Notes under the pieces: model-generated | Database searches by the model: none | What the model was told of the DNA's origin: nothing | Seen by the model: only the letters and a program-made list of their open reading frames with translations | Translations under genes and position numbers: made by a program | Assembly: GCA_963841915.1 (NCBI GenBank) | Contig: CAWJEN010000006.1 | Location: forward strand, 320,001 to 384,000 | Length of the DNA stretch: 64,000 nt | Origin: an uncultured Planctomycetota bacterium | GTDB taxonomy: Bacteria; Planctomycetota; Phycisphaerae; Tepidisphaerales; Tepidisphaeraceae | Reading direction: 5' to 3' | In this document: positions 48,954 through 58,341 of the stretch, piece after piece | Numbering within the stretch: the stretch's first letter is position 1 | Layout: each line of letters begins with the position of its first letter

Positions 48954-50744
48954 TCAACTTGCCGCGGCCCACGCCGCCAGGGTCGGCAGCTCGTCGTCAA
49001 AGAACGCCACAAGGTCAGCCAGCCGCGCCTCGTCCGACGCCCACCGGTCAAGCATCGCCCCGCGCGTGCGCTCGGGCGCGTCGAGGAGTCGCTCCCGCTG
49101 TCGCTGCCGCCACGCCTCGAAGTGGGCGTAGTCGGCCGCTTGGTCCCGCTTGAGCTCTGCCTCTCGACGGAGCAGGAACTCTCGGTGAGCCGACACATGC
49201 GCGTCTTCATCGCGAGCGGCGATTACTGCCGGCACCTGCCTGGCCGCCAGACGTCGTTGCTCGTCTTGAACGAACCGGTCGCCGTGCGTCCTGGCAGCAG
49301 ATGCCACGCTCGGCGGCATCGCTGCGCCGCCGGTCGTCTGACGGTCCCGCAACACCCGCTGGCCCAGACGGTGCCCGGCCTCGCGCGGCTCGACGCTCGG
49401 CAACGCCTCGTGCAATCGCCCCGCCGCCCGAAGGTCCGCCGCCGTCGGCTCTGCGACCGTCATGCCGTCTGTAACCATTCCTGCCACTCCCGCGTAGAAG
49501 CCGACCGCCAGCGACGCCGCAGGTGTGTCCGCCACGCTCGCCGGCTCCGGCCAATCTTCGACTAAAGCCCGCCTGAGCAGGCCCAGCCGGTTCCGCGACA
49601 CCGAACGACGCGGCAACCAGGCGAGCTGCCGGTCGATCACGTCAGCATCGAGCTCGCCGGCCAGCCAGTCAGCCGTGGCCTGGTCAAATCCGGCACGAGC
49701 CAACGCCGTCGCAGCAGCATCGACCGTGTGCTGTTTGAGAGTGTTTTTGGGAGGTGTCTTTTCTTCCTCTACTAAGGCCGGTGGCGAAACTGTACCGACG
49801 CCGGTGGGATTCGTGGACCGAGGCCGGTGGGTCTTTTGGACCGCTGTGCCGGTTGCTTTTTTGGACCGAGGCGAGCGGGCAGGCCGGTCGCCTTTTTGGA
49901 CCGACGCGCCGGTGCGGGTCGGTGGGGTTTCTGAACCGACTTGCCACCGCACGCCGTACTCGGCTGCGGTGCTGCACCGCCCGCCGTCTGGATCAAACGT
50001 GCCCGCCTGGGCCAGCCGGATGTAGCCGACATCGAGCGCGGCGTGGACGGCTTTGCTGAGCGTCTTGCGGTCGCTGATCCCGCAACGGCGCTGTAGCTCG
50101 CTGAAGCTCAAGGCCGTCTGCTGGCGTCGGCCACCGAATTGGTTCTGGTAGCCGATGGTCTGCCTCAAGACGATGCCGACGACGCGGCTAGTGGCCAGCG
50201 GCTCGCGTTTGACGATGTCGTCGAAGTAGGCGTCGGGGATGGGCGATCGTCTGCCTTCGCCGGTGTAGAAGCCGCGGAACGTGTGCGGGTCGCTTTGCCA
50301 CTCGCCGCTGTCGTCCCATCGCAGCTCGTAGCGGGCCGAGGCCGAGTCTTTGCCGACCGACTTGGCCCGGCCGCGAGCGACGATGCGGACGTAGCCGGCA
50401 TCAACGGCTTCGGCGACAGCTTTGCTGATCCCGCCGCGACTGATGCCGGCCTCATCGATGAGCTGCCGCCAGGTCACGCTGATCCGCTGCTCGATGGGCC
50501 GGCCGTCTGCTCCAAGCCAGCCGAGCGTTCGGCGGAGCAGGTAGCTCACGAGGCGAACACACCCGCGCGACTGGTTCGGCAGGCACAGCTCGAAGAACTG
50601 ATTGGGTGTGTAGATGTAGTTGGCGTTGATCGGCCGGAAGCCGGCGAACGCCTTGGCGTCGCTTGTTTCGCTGCGCGCGCCGAGCCCGCGAGCGGCTTTG
50701 GTGCCGCCGACGCGGGTGGCGTGGCTGAGCGATGCAGAGGGCAT
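48954..50744 (-). CDS. Putative replication initiator-like protein with duplicated winged-helix-type domain
   Basis: Two homologous repeats: F.GF...TPNQFF...LLRRTLGW...ISRGGISKAVAEAVDAGYV...YELRW and F.GF...IPDAYF...VLRQTIGY...ISDRKTLSKAVHAALDVGYI...YGVRW. A repeat-encoded linker and a helical C-terminus (NRLGLLRRALVEDW) follow. Function is inferred. Confidence 0.65.
   Translation of the reverse strand: MPSASLSHATRVGGTKAARGLGARSETSDAKAFAGFRPINANYIYTPNQFFELCLPNQSRGCVRLVSYLLRRTLGWLGADGRPIEQRISVTWRQLIDEAGISRGGISKAVAEAVDAGYVRIVARGRAKSVGKDSASARYELRWDDSGEWQSDPHTFRGFYTGEGRRSPIPDAYFDDIVKREPLATSRVVGIVLRQTIGYQNQFGGRRQQTALSFSELQRRCGISDRKTLSKAVHAALDVGYIRLAQAGTFDPDGGRCSTAAEYGVRWQVGSETPPTRTGASVQKGDRPARSPRSKKATGTAVQKTHRPRSTNPTGVGTVSPPALVEEEKTPPKNTLKQHTVDAAATALARAGFDQATADWLAGELDADVIDRQLAWLPRRSVSRNRLGLLRRALVEDWPEPASVADTPAASLAVGFYAGVAGMVTDGMTVAEPTAADLRAAGRLHEALPSVEPREAGHRLGQRVLRDRQTTGGAAMPPSVASAARTHGDRFVQDEQRRLAARQVPAVIAARDEDAHVSAHREFLLRREAELKRDQAADYAHFEAWRQRQRERLLDAPERTRGAMLDRWASDEARLADLVAFFDDELPTLAAWAAAS
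49778..49938. repeat. Six 20-bp iteron-like repeats (CGGT-N11-ACCG) inside the initiator-like gene
   Basis: Units start at 49778, 49801, 49824, 49849, 49884 and 49919; example CCGGTGGGTCTTTTGGACCG. Confidence 0.85.
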
Positions 50745-50847
50745 GTGGACCTACGGCGCGCGCCGCGTGAGGCTTCACGCGGCGCAGCAGGCTGTGGTGG
50801 TCTTGTGAGGTAGCAGTGCCGCCGATGCGGCGCTGCCGAAGGGGCCG

Positions 50848-51057
50848 CTAACTGTCCTTCATCAGCGGCGGGAAGTGGGCGGCGTCGCAGAGGCCTTCCT
50901 CCTGCATGAGCCGGCGTACGAGCGTGTTGACCACGTACGACCGGTCTCGATCATGCCGGGCCATCAGCAGGTCGAGGTACGACCGGACGGCCGGCTCGAG
51001 GTTGACGGTCGTCACGACCTTCCTCCGCTTGGGTCGCCGCTTGGGGCTGGTGGGCAT
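50848..51057 (-). CDS. Small ribbon-helix-helix (CopG-like) protein
   Basis: VTTVNL beta strand, helix EPAVRSYLDLLMARH and helix RSYVVNTLVRRLM; sits just upstream of the initiator-like gene. Confidence 0.7.
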   Translation of the reverse strand: MPTSPKRRPKRRKVVTTVNLEPAVRSYLDLLMARHDRDRSYVVNTLVRRLMQEEGLCDAAHFPPLMKDS

Positions 51058-51208
51058 GGCAGGCTCGACGGGCTGGCTTGGTACATGCGGCGTCACACGG
51101 TGTCACGCGCTGCATTGCACTACAGCATGATACGAACCACCAGATGTTGTGGCCAAGATGATCGACGCGGCGCGCCAGGGGTGCAGCGGTTTCGCCTGAG
51201 ACGTGCGA

Positions 51209-51234
51209 AAGCCGCACCCGATTGGGTGCGGCTT
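51209..51234 (-). terminator. Hairpin downstream of dnaA, probable terminator
   Basis: AAGCCGCACCC-GATT-GGGTGCGGCTT, a perfect 11-bp stem about 60 bp after the dnaA stop. Confidence 0.65.
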
Positions 51235-51296
51235 CTGGTGGGGTGCTGGTCCGTCGTCGGATCGATCAAAGCCAGCGAAGTGGCTTTGCCAGCGGC

Positions 51297-52724
51297 TCAG
51301 GCTTTGAGTTGCTGCTCGATCCTGGCGACCTGCTGGGCGATGTCGGCGTTGGTTTCGATGAAGTTCTTGACCTGTCGAACGCCGTGGAGCACGGTGGTGT
51401 GGTCGCGACCGCCGAAGTAGCCACCGACCTCGTGCAAGCTGTAGCGGGTGTGCTTGCGAGCCAGGAACATGCACACCTGCCTTGGAAAGGCGATCGAGCG
51501 ATTGCGTCGTTTTCCTTGCAGTTCAGCCTGTTTGACGCCGTAGAACGTGCAGGCGGCCTCGATAATCGACTCGATCGTCGTCCGCCGCGGCTCGTCGACC
51601 ACCGTCTCGCCAAGAGCCTTTCGCGCCACCTCGAGGTCGATTGGACCCGGCTCTCCGTCGGGCGTGGCGTTGAGCAGGCTCATGCCCTGCAGCTTGCTGA
51701 TCGCCCCTTCGAGTTCGCGCGTGTTGGAGTCGATCCGGCCGGCGATGTAGTTGAGTACGTCATCACCCAGCTCGACGCCGCGGAGCCGTGACTTGCGCTG
51801 CAGGATGGCCACGCGTGTCTCGAAGCAAGGCTTTTCGATGCCGGTGACGAGCCCGCTGTTAAATCGACTGACAAGTCGCTCCTCAAGCTCCGGCACCTCG
51901 TTGGGCGGGCAGTCTGCCGACAGGACGATCTGCTTGCCCTGGCCGTGAAGCGTGTTGAAGGTGTGGAAGAACTCCTCCTGCGTCCGCTGGCGACCCTTGA
52001 GGAACTGGATGTCGTCGATCACCAGCACGTCAGCGCTGCGGTAGCGGAAGCGGAAGTTGTTCATGTCACCGTTCTCGACGGCGTTCATGAACTGGTTGAT
52101 GAAGGCGTCGCAGGAGAGGTACAGAATCCTCAGCGACGGGTGTTTTTCGAGGATTCTCTGGCAAATCGCCTGGAGCAGGTGCGTTTTGCCCAGCCCACAG
52201 CCGCCGTGCAGAAACAGCGGGTTGTACGCGCCGCCCGGCTTACTCGCGACGGCCACGCTGACAGCCTGGGCGAGTCGGTTGTCTGGGCCGATTACAAAGT
52301 TCTCGAACGCGTTGTCGGGCGACAAAGGCATGCCACCGATGCCGGCGGCAGTCGGATCAACCTTGGCCGGACGGTCGACGTACCCGTCGACCGTGCCCAC
52401 GACGCCTGCCGCACTGACGCTCTGGCAGTGGAACAGCACGACACTGAGCCGGTTGGTGACCGCCTGGGCGGCAGCGATGAACGCCTGCTGGCACGGGCCG
52501 GTGAGAAAGTTGAGCTGCGGGACCGACGTGCAGGTGACGTGGATCACGCCGTTGGGCAGCTGACGCGGGACGAGGTCGGTGAACCAGGTGCGATTAAGTG
52601 TCGGATTGGTCAGGCGGACGTGCGTCAGGACACGCTGCCACACGGCACGGTCCAGGAGCGGTGCCTCTCCGGCACCTGCAGAGGGTGAGAGGTCAGACAA
52701 AGGCGTGGCGGCAAGGGCAGTCAT
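51297..52724 (-). CDS. dnaA: Chromosomal replication initiator DnaA
   Basis: FENFVIG, YNPLFLHGGCGLGKTHL, IDDIQF, QEEFFHTFN, RELEGA and GGRDHTTV. Confidence 0.97.
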   Translation of the reverse strand: MTALAATPLSDLSPSAGAGEAPLLDRAVWQRVLTHVRLTNPTLNRTWFTDLVPRQLPNGVIHVTCTSVPQLNFLTGPCQQAFIAAAQAVTNRLSVVLFHCQSVSAAGVVGTVDGYVDRPAKVDPTAAGIGGMPLSPDNAFENFVIGPDNRLAQAVSVAVASKPGGAYNPLFLHGGCGLGKTHLLQAICQRILEKHPSLRILYLSCDAFINQFMNAVENGDMNNFRFRYRSADVLVIDDIQFLKGRQRTQEEFFHTFNTLHGQGKQIVLSADCPPNEVPELEERLVSRFNSGLVTGIEKPCFETRVAILQRKSRLRGVELGDDVLNYIAGRIDSNTRELEGAISKLQGMSLLNATPDGEPGPIDLEVARKALGETVVDEPRRTTIESIIEAACTFYGVKQAELQGKRRNRSIAFPRQVCMFLARKHTRYSLHEVGGYFGGRDHTTVLHGVRQVKNFIETNADIAQQVARIEQQLKA

Positions 52725-53175
52725 GGACAGTCGGGTCAACGGGGGCGATGAGACACAGCTGCCACGCCGGGCAGTTGCTTCAGGAACAAGGCGTACATTC
52801 CCGGTCACATCGGCGGTCGGTCATCACGCGTGGTGCTGCCGGTCGTCCCGGTGAGAAGTTGATCTACCTGCATCGCTTCGCTCCTTGAAGGGGTGCTGAC
52901 CACGGTTCAGGCCGAACTCACGTTGCCGACATGGGTGTCGTCACGTCGCCCTGCCACGTTTGACGCGGCAGGCTGGATTCGGCTGTTGCGGGGCGCCCGC
53001 CCCGCCTGCCATGCCTGTCGCTTTCGCCATAGGCAAGGGGTCGAAGATACGGACTCCCGCCAAAGATTCAACTGCCACGCCTCGCAAACCGACCTGACCG
53101 CCCGCATGGCCGCGCCAGACGTGTCAAGCGCCAATTTGTCCAAGGAACAACTTCCGAACGCTGCCGATTTCGCAT

Positions 53176-54117
53176 TCAGCCTTGAGACGCACCGTCCGCC
53201 AACGCTGCCATGACGAGCTTCAGATCGCCCCACACCGCCTCACGATTGGCCCGCGTGTAGCTCCGCAGCAGGTACGCCGGGTGGTACGTCGGCATGACCT
53301 TGATCCCGCGCCACGTGTGGAACTGCCCCCGCATCTTGCCCATCGCCAATTGACCGCCCAGCAGGTGACGCGTCGCAGGTAGGCCCAGCGTCACGATCAC
53401 CTTCGGGCGGATCAGGTCGATCTGCTCGTGCAGGTAAGGCGTGCAGGTGGCCGTCTCGCTCGTCGTCGGCGCGCGGTTGCCCGGCGGGCGGCACTTGACG
53501 ATGTTGGCAATGTAGACGTCGTCGCGGCTTAACTTCATGCCCGCAATCATCTTGTCGAGCAACCCGCCCGCCTTGCCTACGAACGGGCGGCCTGACAGAT
53601 CCTCGTTCTCACCCGGACCTTCGCCGATGAACAGGAGGTCGGCCTCCGGATCACCCTCGCCGAAGACGGTGTTCGTCCGGTTCTCGCAGAGCTTGCACTT
53701 CGTGCAGCCGGTCACTTCGTTAGCATCGAGTGCCCCCAGCAGCTCGATCCGCTTGCCGCGCGGTTGCGGCGGGCTGTCGAACGGCTCGAGGTCTGCACCG
53801 ATGCCCGCGGCCGGTTTGACGACCGGGTTGCCGAACAAATCAAGGGTCGGCGGTTCGGGCGACTCATCGTCGTCTTCCGGCGGCGACGGCTGGGCGGTCC
53901 GCCCTGACGTTTGCCTCGGCCGACGGGTCGGCGGTCGGGTTGCGTCGGCCGAAGCGTCAGCCGTCTCGGCAGACGTCGCCGCCGGGCTCTCGGGCGCAGC
54001 CATCGCCGCGTCGAGATCGATGGTGCCGATGACGCTACTGACGCCGAACGCCCGTTCGGCTCGCAGCGTCGTGTCCAGCCGCGCCCGTAGCGCCTGTCGT
54101 GCCTCGTCCGACGTCAT
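53176..54117 (-). CDS. Uracil-DNA glycosylase family 4
   Basis: CTKCKLC, GEGPGENED, PFVG, NIVKCRPPGNR and YHPAYLLR. Confidence 0.93.
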   Translation of the reverse strand: MTSDEARQALRARLDTTLRAERAFGVSSVIGTIDLDAAMAAPESPAATSAETADASADATRPPTRRPRQTSGRTAQPSPPEDDDESPEPPTLDLFGNPVVKPAAGIGADLEPFDSPPQPRGKRIELLGALDANEVTGCTKCKLCENRTNTVFGEGDPEADLLFIGEGPGENEDLSGRPFVGKAGGLLDKMIAGMKLSRDDVYIANIVKCRPPGNRAPTTSETATCTPYLHEQIDLIRPKVIVTLGLPATRHLLGGQLAMGKMRGQFHTWRGIKVMPTYHPAYLLRSYTRANREAVWGDLKLVMAALADGASQG

Positions 54118-54135
54118 GGAAGAAGCCTAAGAGCC

Positions 54136-55170
54136 TCATCGCCCGGCGTACTGCTGCTCGTAGTAGTCGCGGTACGCGCCGCTCTTGATGCTCTGCCACC
54201 AGTCGGTGTGCGTCTTGTACCACTCGACCGTCTCGGCAATCGCTTCGTCCCAGCGTCGCTTGGGCTCCCAGCCGAGCTCACGCTTGATCTTGCTCGGGTC
54301 GATCGCATACCGGCGGTCGTGGCCCTTTCGGTCCTCGACGTAAGTCACGGCCTCGTCCCAGCTTCGGCCGCACAGCTCGATGAGCTTTTCGGTGATGGCG
54401 CGGTTCGTCTGCTCGTTGTTGCCGCCGACGTTGTAGACCTCGCCGGGGGTGCCCTTCTCGAGGACGGTCAGGATCGCGTCGCAGTGGTCGCTGACGTGAA
54501 GCCAGTCGCGGATGTTGAGGCCGTCCCCGTATAGCGGGACCTGCTTGCCCTCCATGAGGTTCGTGACGAACAGCGGGATGAGCTTTTCGGGGAACTGGAA
54601 CGGGCCGTAGTTGTTGCTGCAGCGCGTGATAAGCACCGGCATCTTGTGCGTTTCGTAGTACGCACGACACAGGCAGTCGCCGCCCGCCTTGCTCGCCGAA
54701 TAGGGGCTGTTGGGCTGCAGTGGCGTTTCCTCGGTGAACATGACCTCCGGCTTGTCCTCGGGCAGCGTGCCGTAGACCTCGTCGGTGCCGACGTTGAGGA
54801 ACCGGGTGACCTCAGCCGCCTTGGACAGGTCGAGCAGGACCTGCGTGCCGACGACATTCGTCGTCACAAAGTCGGCACTGCCCAGAATCGAGCGGTCGAC
54901 GTGGCTCTCGGCCGCGAAGTGGGCGACGCGCTTAACCTTGTGCCGGTCAAAGACCTGCTTCATGGCGTCGGCGTCGCGGATGTCGGCCTTCTCGAACGTC
55001 AGCTTGCCGCCGTCGATCAGGTCGCTGATGTTCGCCAGGTTGCCGGCGTAGGTCAGCGAGTCGAGGGCGACGACGTCATCGTACCCGCGCTCAGCGAGCA
55101 TGCGGACGAAGTTGCTGCCGATGAAGCCGGCAGCGCCGGTGACGAGAAGTGTGCCAGACGAGTCGCTCAT
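54136..55170 (-). CDS. rfbB: dTDP-glucose 4,6-dehydratase
   Basis: GAAGFIG, LTYAGN, AAESHVDRS, TDEVYG, YSASK and RKGHDRRY. Confidence 0.95.
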   Translation of the reverse strand: MSDSSGTLLVTGAAGFIGSNFVRMLAERGYDDVVALDSLTYAGNLANISDLIDGGKLTFEKADIRDADAMKQVFDRHKVKRVAHFAAESHVDRSILGSADFVTTNVVGTQVLLDLSKAAEVTRFLNVGTDEVYGTLPEDKPEVMFTEETPLQPNSPYSASKAGGDCLCRAYYETHKMPVLITRCSNNYGPFQFPEKLIPLFVTNLMEGKQVPLYGDGLNIRDWLHVSDHCDAILTVLEKGTPGEVYNVGGNNEQTNRAITEKLIELCGRSWDEAVTYVEDRKGHDRRYAIDPSKIKRELGWEPKRRWDEAIAETVEWYKTHTDWWQSIKSGAYRDYYEQQYAGR

Positions 55171-55244
55171 GCACGCCAAGCATCGGCAAAACGGACCTGC
55201 ATGCCAAGCGCGTACGTCCGAATGTGCGATAAAGCCTCTGACGC

Positions 55245-56312
55245 ATGCCAAACACCCACCGCCACACCTGGGCCTTGGCCGTCGCGACCTATGAGCGGCG
55301 GGAGGATCTGTGCACCTGCGTCGAGCTGGCCCTGAGCCAGTCACGACCACCGGCCGAAGTCGTCGTGGTCGACGCGTCTCGCGACTTCGACGGCAACAAG
55401 GCGGCCATCGAAGCCGTTGTTGGTCAACAGGTGCCGCTGATCTACGTGAAGGCCCGGCGGCCCAGCGCTGCTGTCCAGCGAAACCAGTGCGCCGACCTGG
55501 CGTCGGCGGACGTAGTCTTCCTGATCGACGACGACTCGCTGCTCTTCCCGGAGGCGGCAGCCCGGGTCATGCAGGTCTACGACGCCGACGTCGAGGGCCG
55601 TGTGGCCGGGGTAGCAACAAAACTTGCCCCGACGCCGCCGCCTGTCGACGGACAACCCGTTGCCGAGCAACAGGATGAGCCTGTCGGGCCGCACGGCGGC
55701 ATCGCCTTCACCGCCTACGGCCACAACCACGGCAAGCTTGGTCAGTGGCTCCGCAAGGTGCTCAAAAGCGACCAGCTTTTCGTTCCTTACGACGATGAAT
55801 TTCCGAGCCACGAACTGACATCCGCCCTGCTCGCTCTGCCGGTCGGTCCGCGGACGCTGATGGCCGGCATGAGCATGACTGCCCGGCGGCAACTTGTTGT
55901 CGAAGAACGCTTTGACGAAGAACTTCCCGATCGCGGCCCGGAGGACAGCGACCTGTCATATCGCCTCAGTCGCCGCGGTGCGTTGCTCACGCGGTTTGAC
56001 GCCCACATCCACCACGTCGGTTCGCCCACGGGTCGTTTGGCCAGCAGCGTCCGGTCAGCGGTGGACGCGGTGGCCCCGCTGATGCTGCACGGCAAGTACT
56101 CGACCGACCGGAACCGTTCGCTGCGTCGATCTAAGTCAATGCTGCGCAGGAGGATGCTGATGGGCGTGCTCAAGGACCTGCGCTTCGGTCGCCTGTCGCT
56201 GCCGACCGCTAAGGGGTTTTGGATCGGCCTGCGGGCGGTTCAGCCGCTGCTCGGCCGACCACGCGAGGAAGCCGATCGCTGGTTCGCGGCGTGGAAGCAG
56301 CGGATCCTGTAA
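55245..56312 (+). CDS. Glycosyltransferase family 2
   Basis: ATYERREDL, VVVDAS, QRN, LIDDD and EDSDLSYR. Confidence 0.85.
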   Translation: MPNTHRHTWALAVATYERREDLCTCVELALSQSRPPAEVVVVDASRDFDGNKAAIEAVVGQQVPLIYVKARRPSAAVQRNQCADLASADVVFLIDDDSLLFPEAAARVMQVYDADVEGRVAGVATKLAPTPPPVDGQPVAEQQDEPVGPHGGIAFTAYGHNHGKLGQWLRKVLKSDQLFVPYDDEFPSHELTSALLALPVGPRTLMAGMSMTARRQLVVEERFDEELPDRGPEDSDLSYRLSRRGALLTRFDAHIHHVGSPTGRLASSVRSAVDAVAPLMLHGKYSTDRNRSLRRSKSMLRRRMLMGVLKDLRFGRLSLPTAKGFWIGLRAVQPLLGRPREEADRWFAAWKQRIL

Positions 56313-56327
56313 CGCTTTGGTCAGCAG

Positions 56328-57131
56328 CTACTTCGGCCAACCAGCGCGGTTGGGATGTTTGCCGAGCGTCGCCAGGATCTCGTCCTTGACGCCTGAGCCG
56401 CAGGCGAGCCAGTCGGGGCCGTGAATGTCTTGCTTGCCGTCCCAGTTGCCCGCCCAGCCGCCTGCCTCCCGCATGATCGGAGGCATTGCGGCACAGTCCC
56501 ACGGGCTGATTTTCGGGTCGATCATCGCCTCTGCACGTCCTGTGGCCACAAGGGCGTAGCCGAACGCGTCGCCCCAGCCGCGGTTGAGTTTGGCCCGGTC
56601 GGCCAGATCGCGGTAGCCGTCGCTGCGGTCGATCGCCCGCGTGATGCTGCCGGCCAGGACGGTTGCTTGAGATAAGTCCTTGACCTGACTGCACCTGGAA
56701 CGGCGGCCGTTGTGCCAGCACCCTTCGCCGTCGGCGGCGATGATCAGCTCATCGAGGGCAGGCAGGTAGATCGCGCCGACCCGGCTGACGTCGTCGATCA
56801 GGCACGCCACGAGCGTCCCGTACAACGGCACGCCCTGGACGAAGCTCTTGGTCCCGTCGATGGGGTCGATGTACCACGTGTAGCGCGGGTCGCCTGGGTG
56901 GTCCTCGCGCTCTTCGCCCTTGATCGTGTGGTTCGGGTAGCGACGCGCAAGTTCTTCCCTGCAAGCATCTTCGACCAAGCGGTCGGCAACGGTGACGGGC
57001 GTGGCATCGTTCTTGGCTTCGACGCCTAACTGCTCGCCTTTGAGCCCGAAGTAGGCCAGCGAGCGTCGACCCGACGCAACGGCGGCGTCGGCACAAACGT
57101 CCATGAGCTCACGCAGCGAGGGTTCTGACAT
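56328..57131 (-). CDS. Inositol monophosphatase family protein, probable histidinol-phosphate phosphatase (HisN-like)
   Basis: TPVTVADR, GEE, WYIDPIDGTKSF, GWGDAFGY and WD motifs. Confidence 0.85.
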   Translation of the reverse strand: MSEPSLRELMDVCADAAVASGRRSLAYFGLKGEQLGVEAKNDATPVTVADRLVEDACREELARRYPNHTIKGEEREDHPGDPRYTWYIDPIDGTKSFVQGVPLYGTLVACLIDDVSRVGAIYLPALDELIIAADGEGCWHNGRRSRCSQVKDLSQATVLAGSITRAIDRSDGYRDLADRAKLNRGWGDAFGYALVATGRAEAMIDPKISPWDCAAMPPIMREAGGWAGNWDGKQDIHGPDWLACGSGVKDEILATLGKHPNRAGWPK

Positions 57132-57183
57132 GGTCGCAGGCTATGCGACGGCGATGCGGGTCGACAGCGGGTAGACTGCTGGC

Positions 57184-58188
57184 GTGCTCGGACGTGTGTC
57201 CCATCGGCTGCTGGCCCTGCTCCAGCTCACGCGGATGGCGCTGGTCTTCACCGCCATCAGCAACGGCTTGGCTGCCTTGGCGTTACGTCACGCCTACGCG
57301 GGCGACGTGACGCCCAATCTCGTCGTCGCCACACTCGCCGTCGCGATCGGGCTGTACGGGTACGGGATGGCGCTCAACGACATCATCGACCGTCGGCGGG
57401 ACCGTCAGTTGCAGCAGGCCAGGCCCCTGCCGAGTGGTCGCATCGGACTCATTTCAGCCGTATTGGCCTGTGTGGTGCTGCTGGGCGTCGCTGGCGTCGG
57501 GGGTTGGATGTTCGATCACCACGACCCGACCCACGATGCAGGCCGGGCGAGCCTCCTGCTCGTGCTCATTACTGCAATTCTGATAGCGACTTACGACACG
57601 GTCGGCAAGTACCTCGTCTGGGTAGGCCTGCTCCTGTTGGGGCTCGTGCGGTTCTTCCACGCGGCCGTGCCCGCCCCGCAGCTGCCGGTCGTATGGCATC
57701 CGCTGTTCCTGCTCAATCACGTTGCGATCGTCTCGGCCGTTGCGTACCGGTGGGAGGCTAAGCGCCCACCGCTGAGCGTCTTACAGGCGACGCTGCTGGG
57801 CAGCGGGCTCCTGGTCCTCAACGTCGGCCTCGTGACGGCCTTGTTCCTGAGGCGTGGCGAGGGATTCGCCGAGTCGCTCAGGATCACGCCCGCCCTGGCC
57901 CTGCCCTGTCTGGCGGCGGTCGGGTTCGCCTTCCTCGGCCGGGCGATCAAGGCTCGCGCCAACGACCGACGGGCGGCGGGTAAGGGTCTCATCCTCTACG
58001 GGCTCTTGTGGCTCATCGTCTACGACGCCCTCTTCGTCGCCGGCTACGTCAAAGTGTGGTGGGGTGTCGTCCTTTTGGCGCTCTGGCCTACGTCATACGG
58101 CGCGGTTCGTGCGATGCGGGTATGGTCCAATGCGTTCGATTTAGCACGCCGGCCGCAGTACGTCCGCGCCGATGAAGGCACCGCCTGA
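57184..58188 (+). CDS. UbiA prenyltransferase family protein
   Basis: LNDIIDRRRD and RPLPSGRI; multiple TM helices. Confidence 0.85.
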   Translation: MLGRVSHRLLALLQLTRMALVFTAISNGLAALALRHAYAGDVTPNLVVATLAVAIGLYGYGMALNDIIDRRRDRQLQQARPLPSGRIGLISAVLACVVLLGVAGVGGWMFDHHDPTHDAGRASLLLVLITAILIATYDTVGKYLVWVGLLLLGLVRFFHAAVPAPQLPVVWHPLFLLNHVAIVSAVAYRWEAKRPPLSVLQATLLGSGLLVLNVGLVTALFLRRGEGFAESLRITPALALPCLAAVGFAFLGRAIKARANDRRAAGKGLILYGLLWLIVYDALFVAGYVKVWWGVVLLALWPTSYGAVRAMRVWSNAFDLARRPQYVRADEGTA

Positions 58189-58316
58189 GCGGGTGTCAGC
58201 CCGAGTTGTCATGCAGCGTCGCTTCTAATCAAGCGATAATTTTCTGCTCTTCCTACAATCTATAACTTAAAACAGAGTCATGCTGTTCATGCACGTCTCT
58301 GCTGTTCTGCTATAGT

Positions 58317-58335
58317 AGTGTGCCTCCACACTGCC
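58317..58335 (-). repeat. 19-bp motif identical (inverted) to 60482-60500
   Basis: AGTGTGCCTCCACACTGCC is the reverse complement of GGCAGTGTGGAGGCACACT. Confidence 0.85.
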
Positions 58336-58341
58336 CCACCG

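Noticed and set aside
49778..49938. Intragenic repeats as a mini-CRISPR or a protein-level repeat
   Set aside because: Gaps between units are only 3-15 bp, and the spacings shift the reading frame.
51189..51202. Degenerate parS-like sequence GTTTCGCCTGAGAC near dnaA
   Set aside because: It has three mismatches to the 14-bp core and broken symmetry, so it could be chance.
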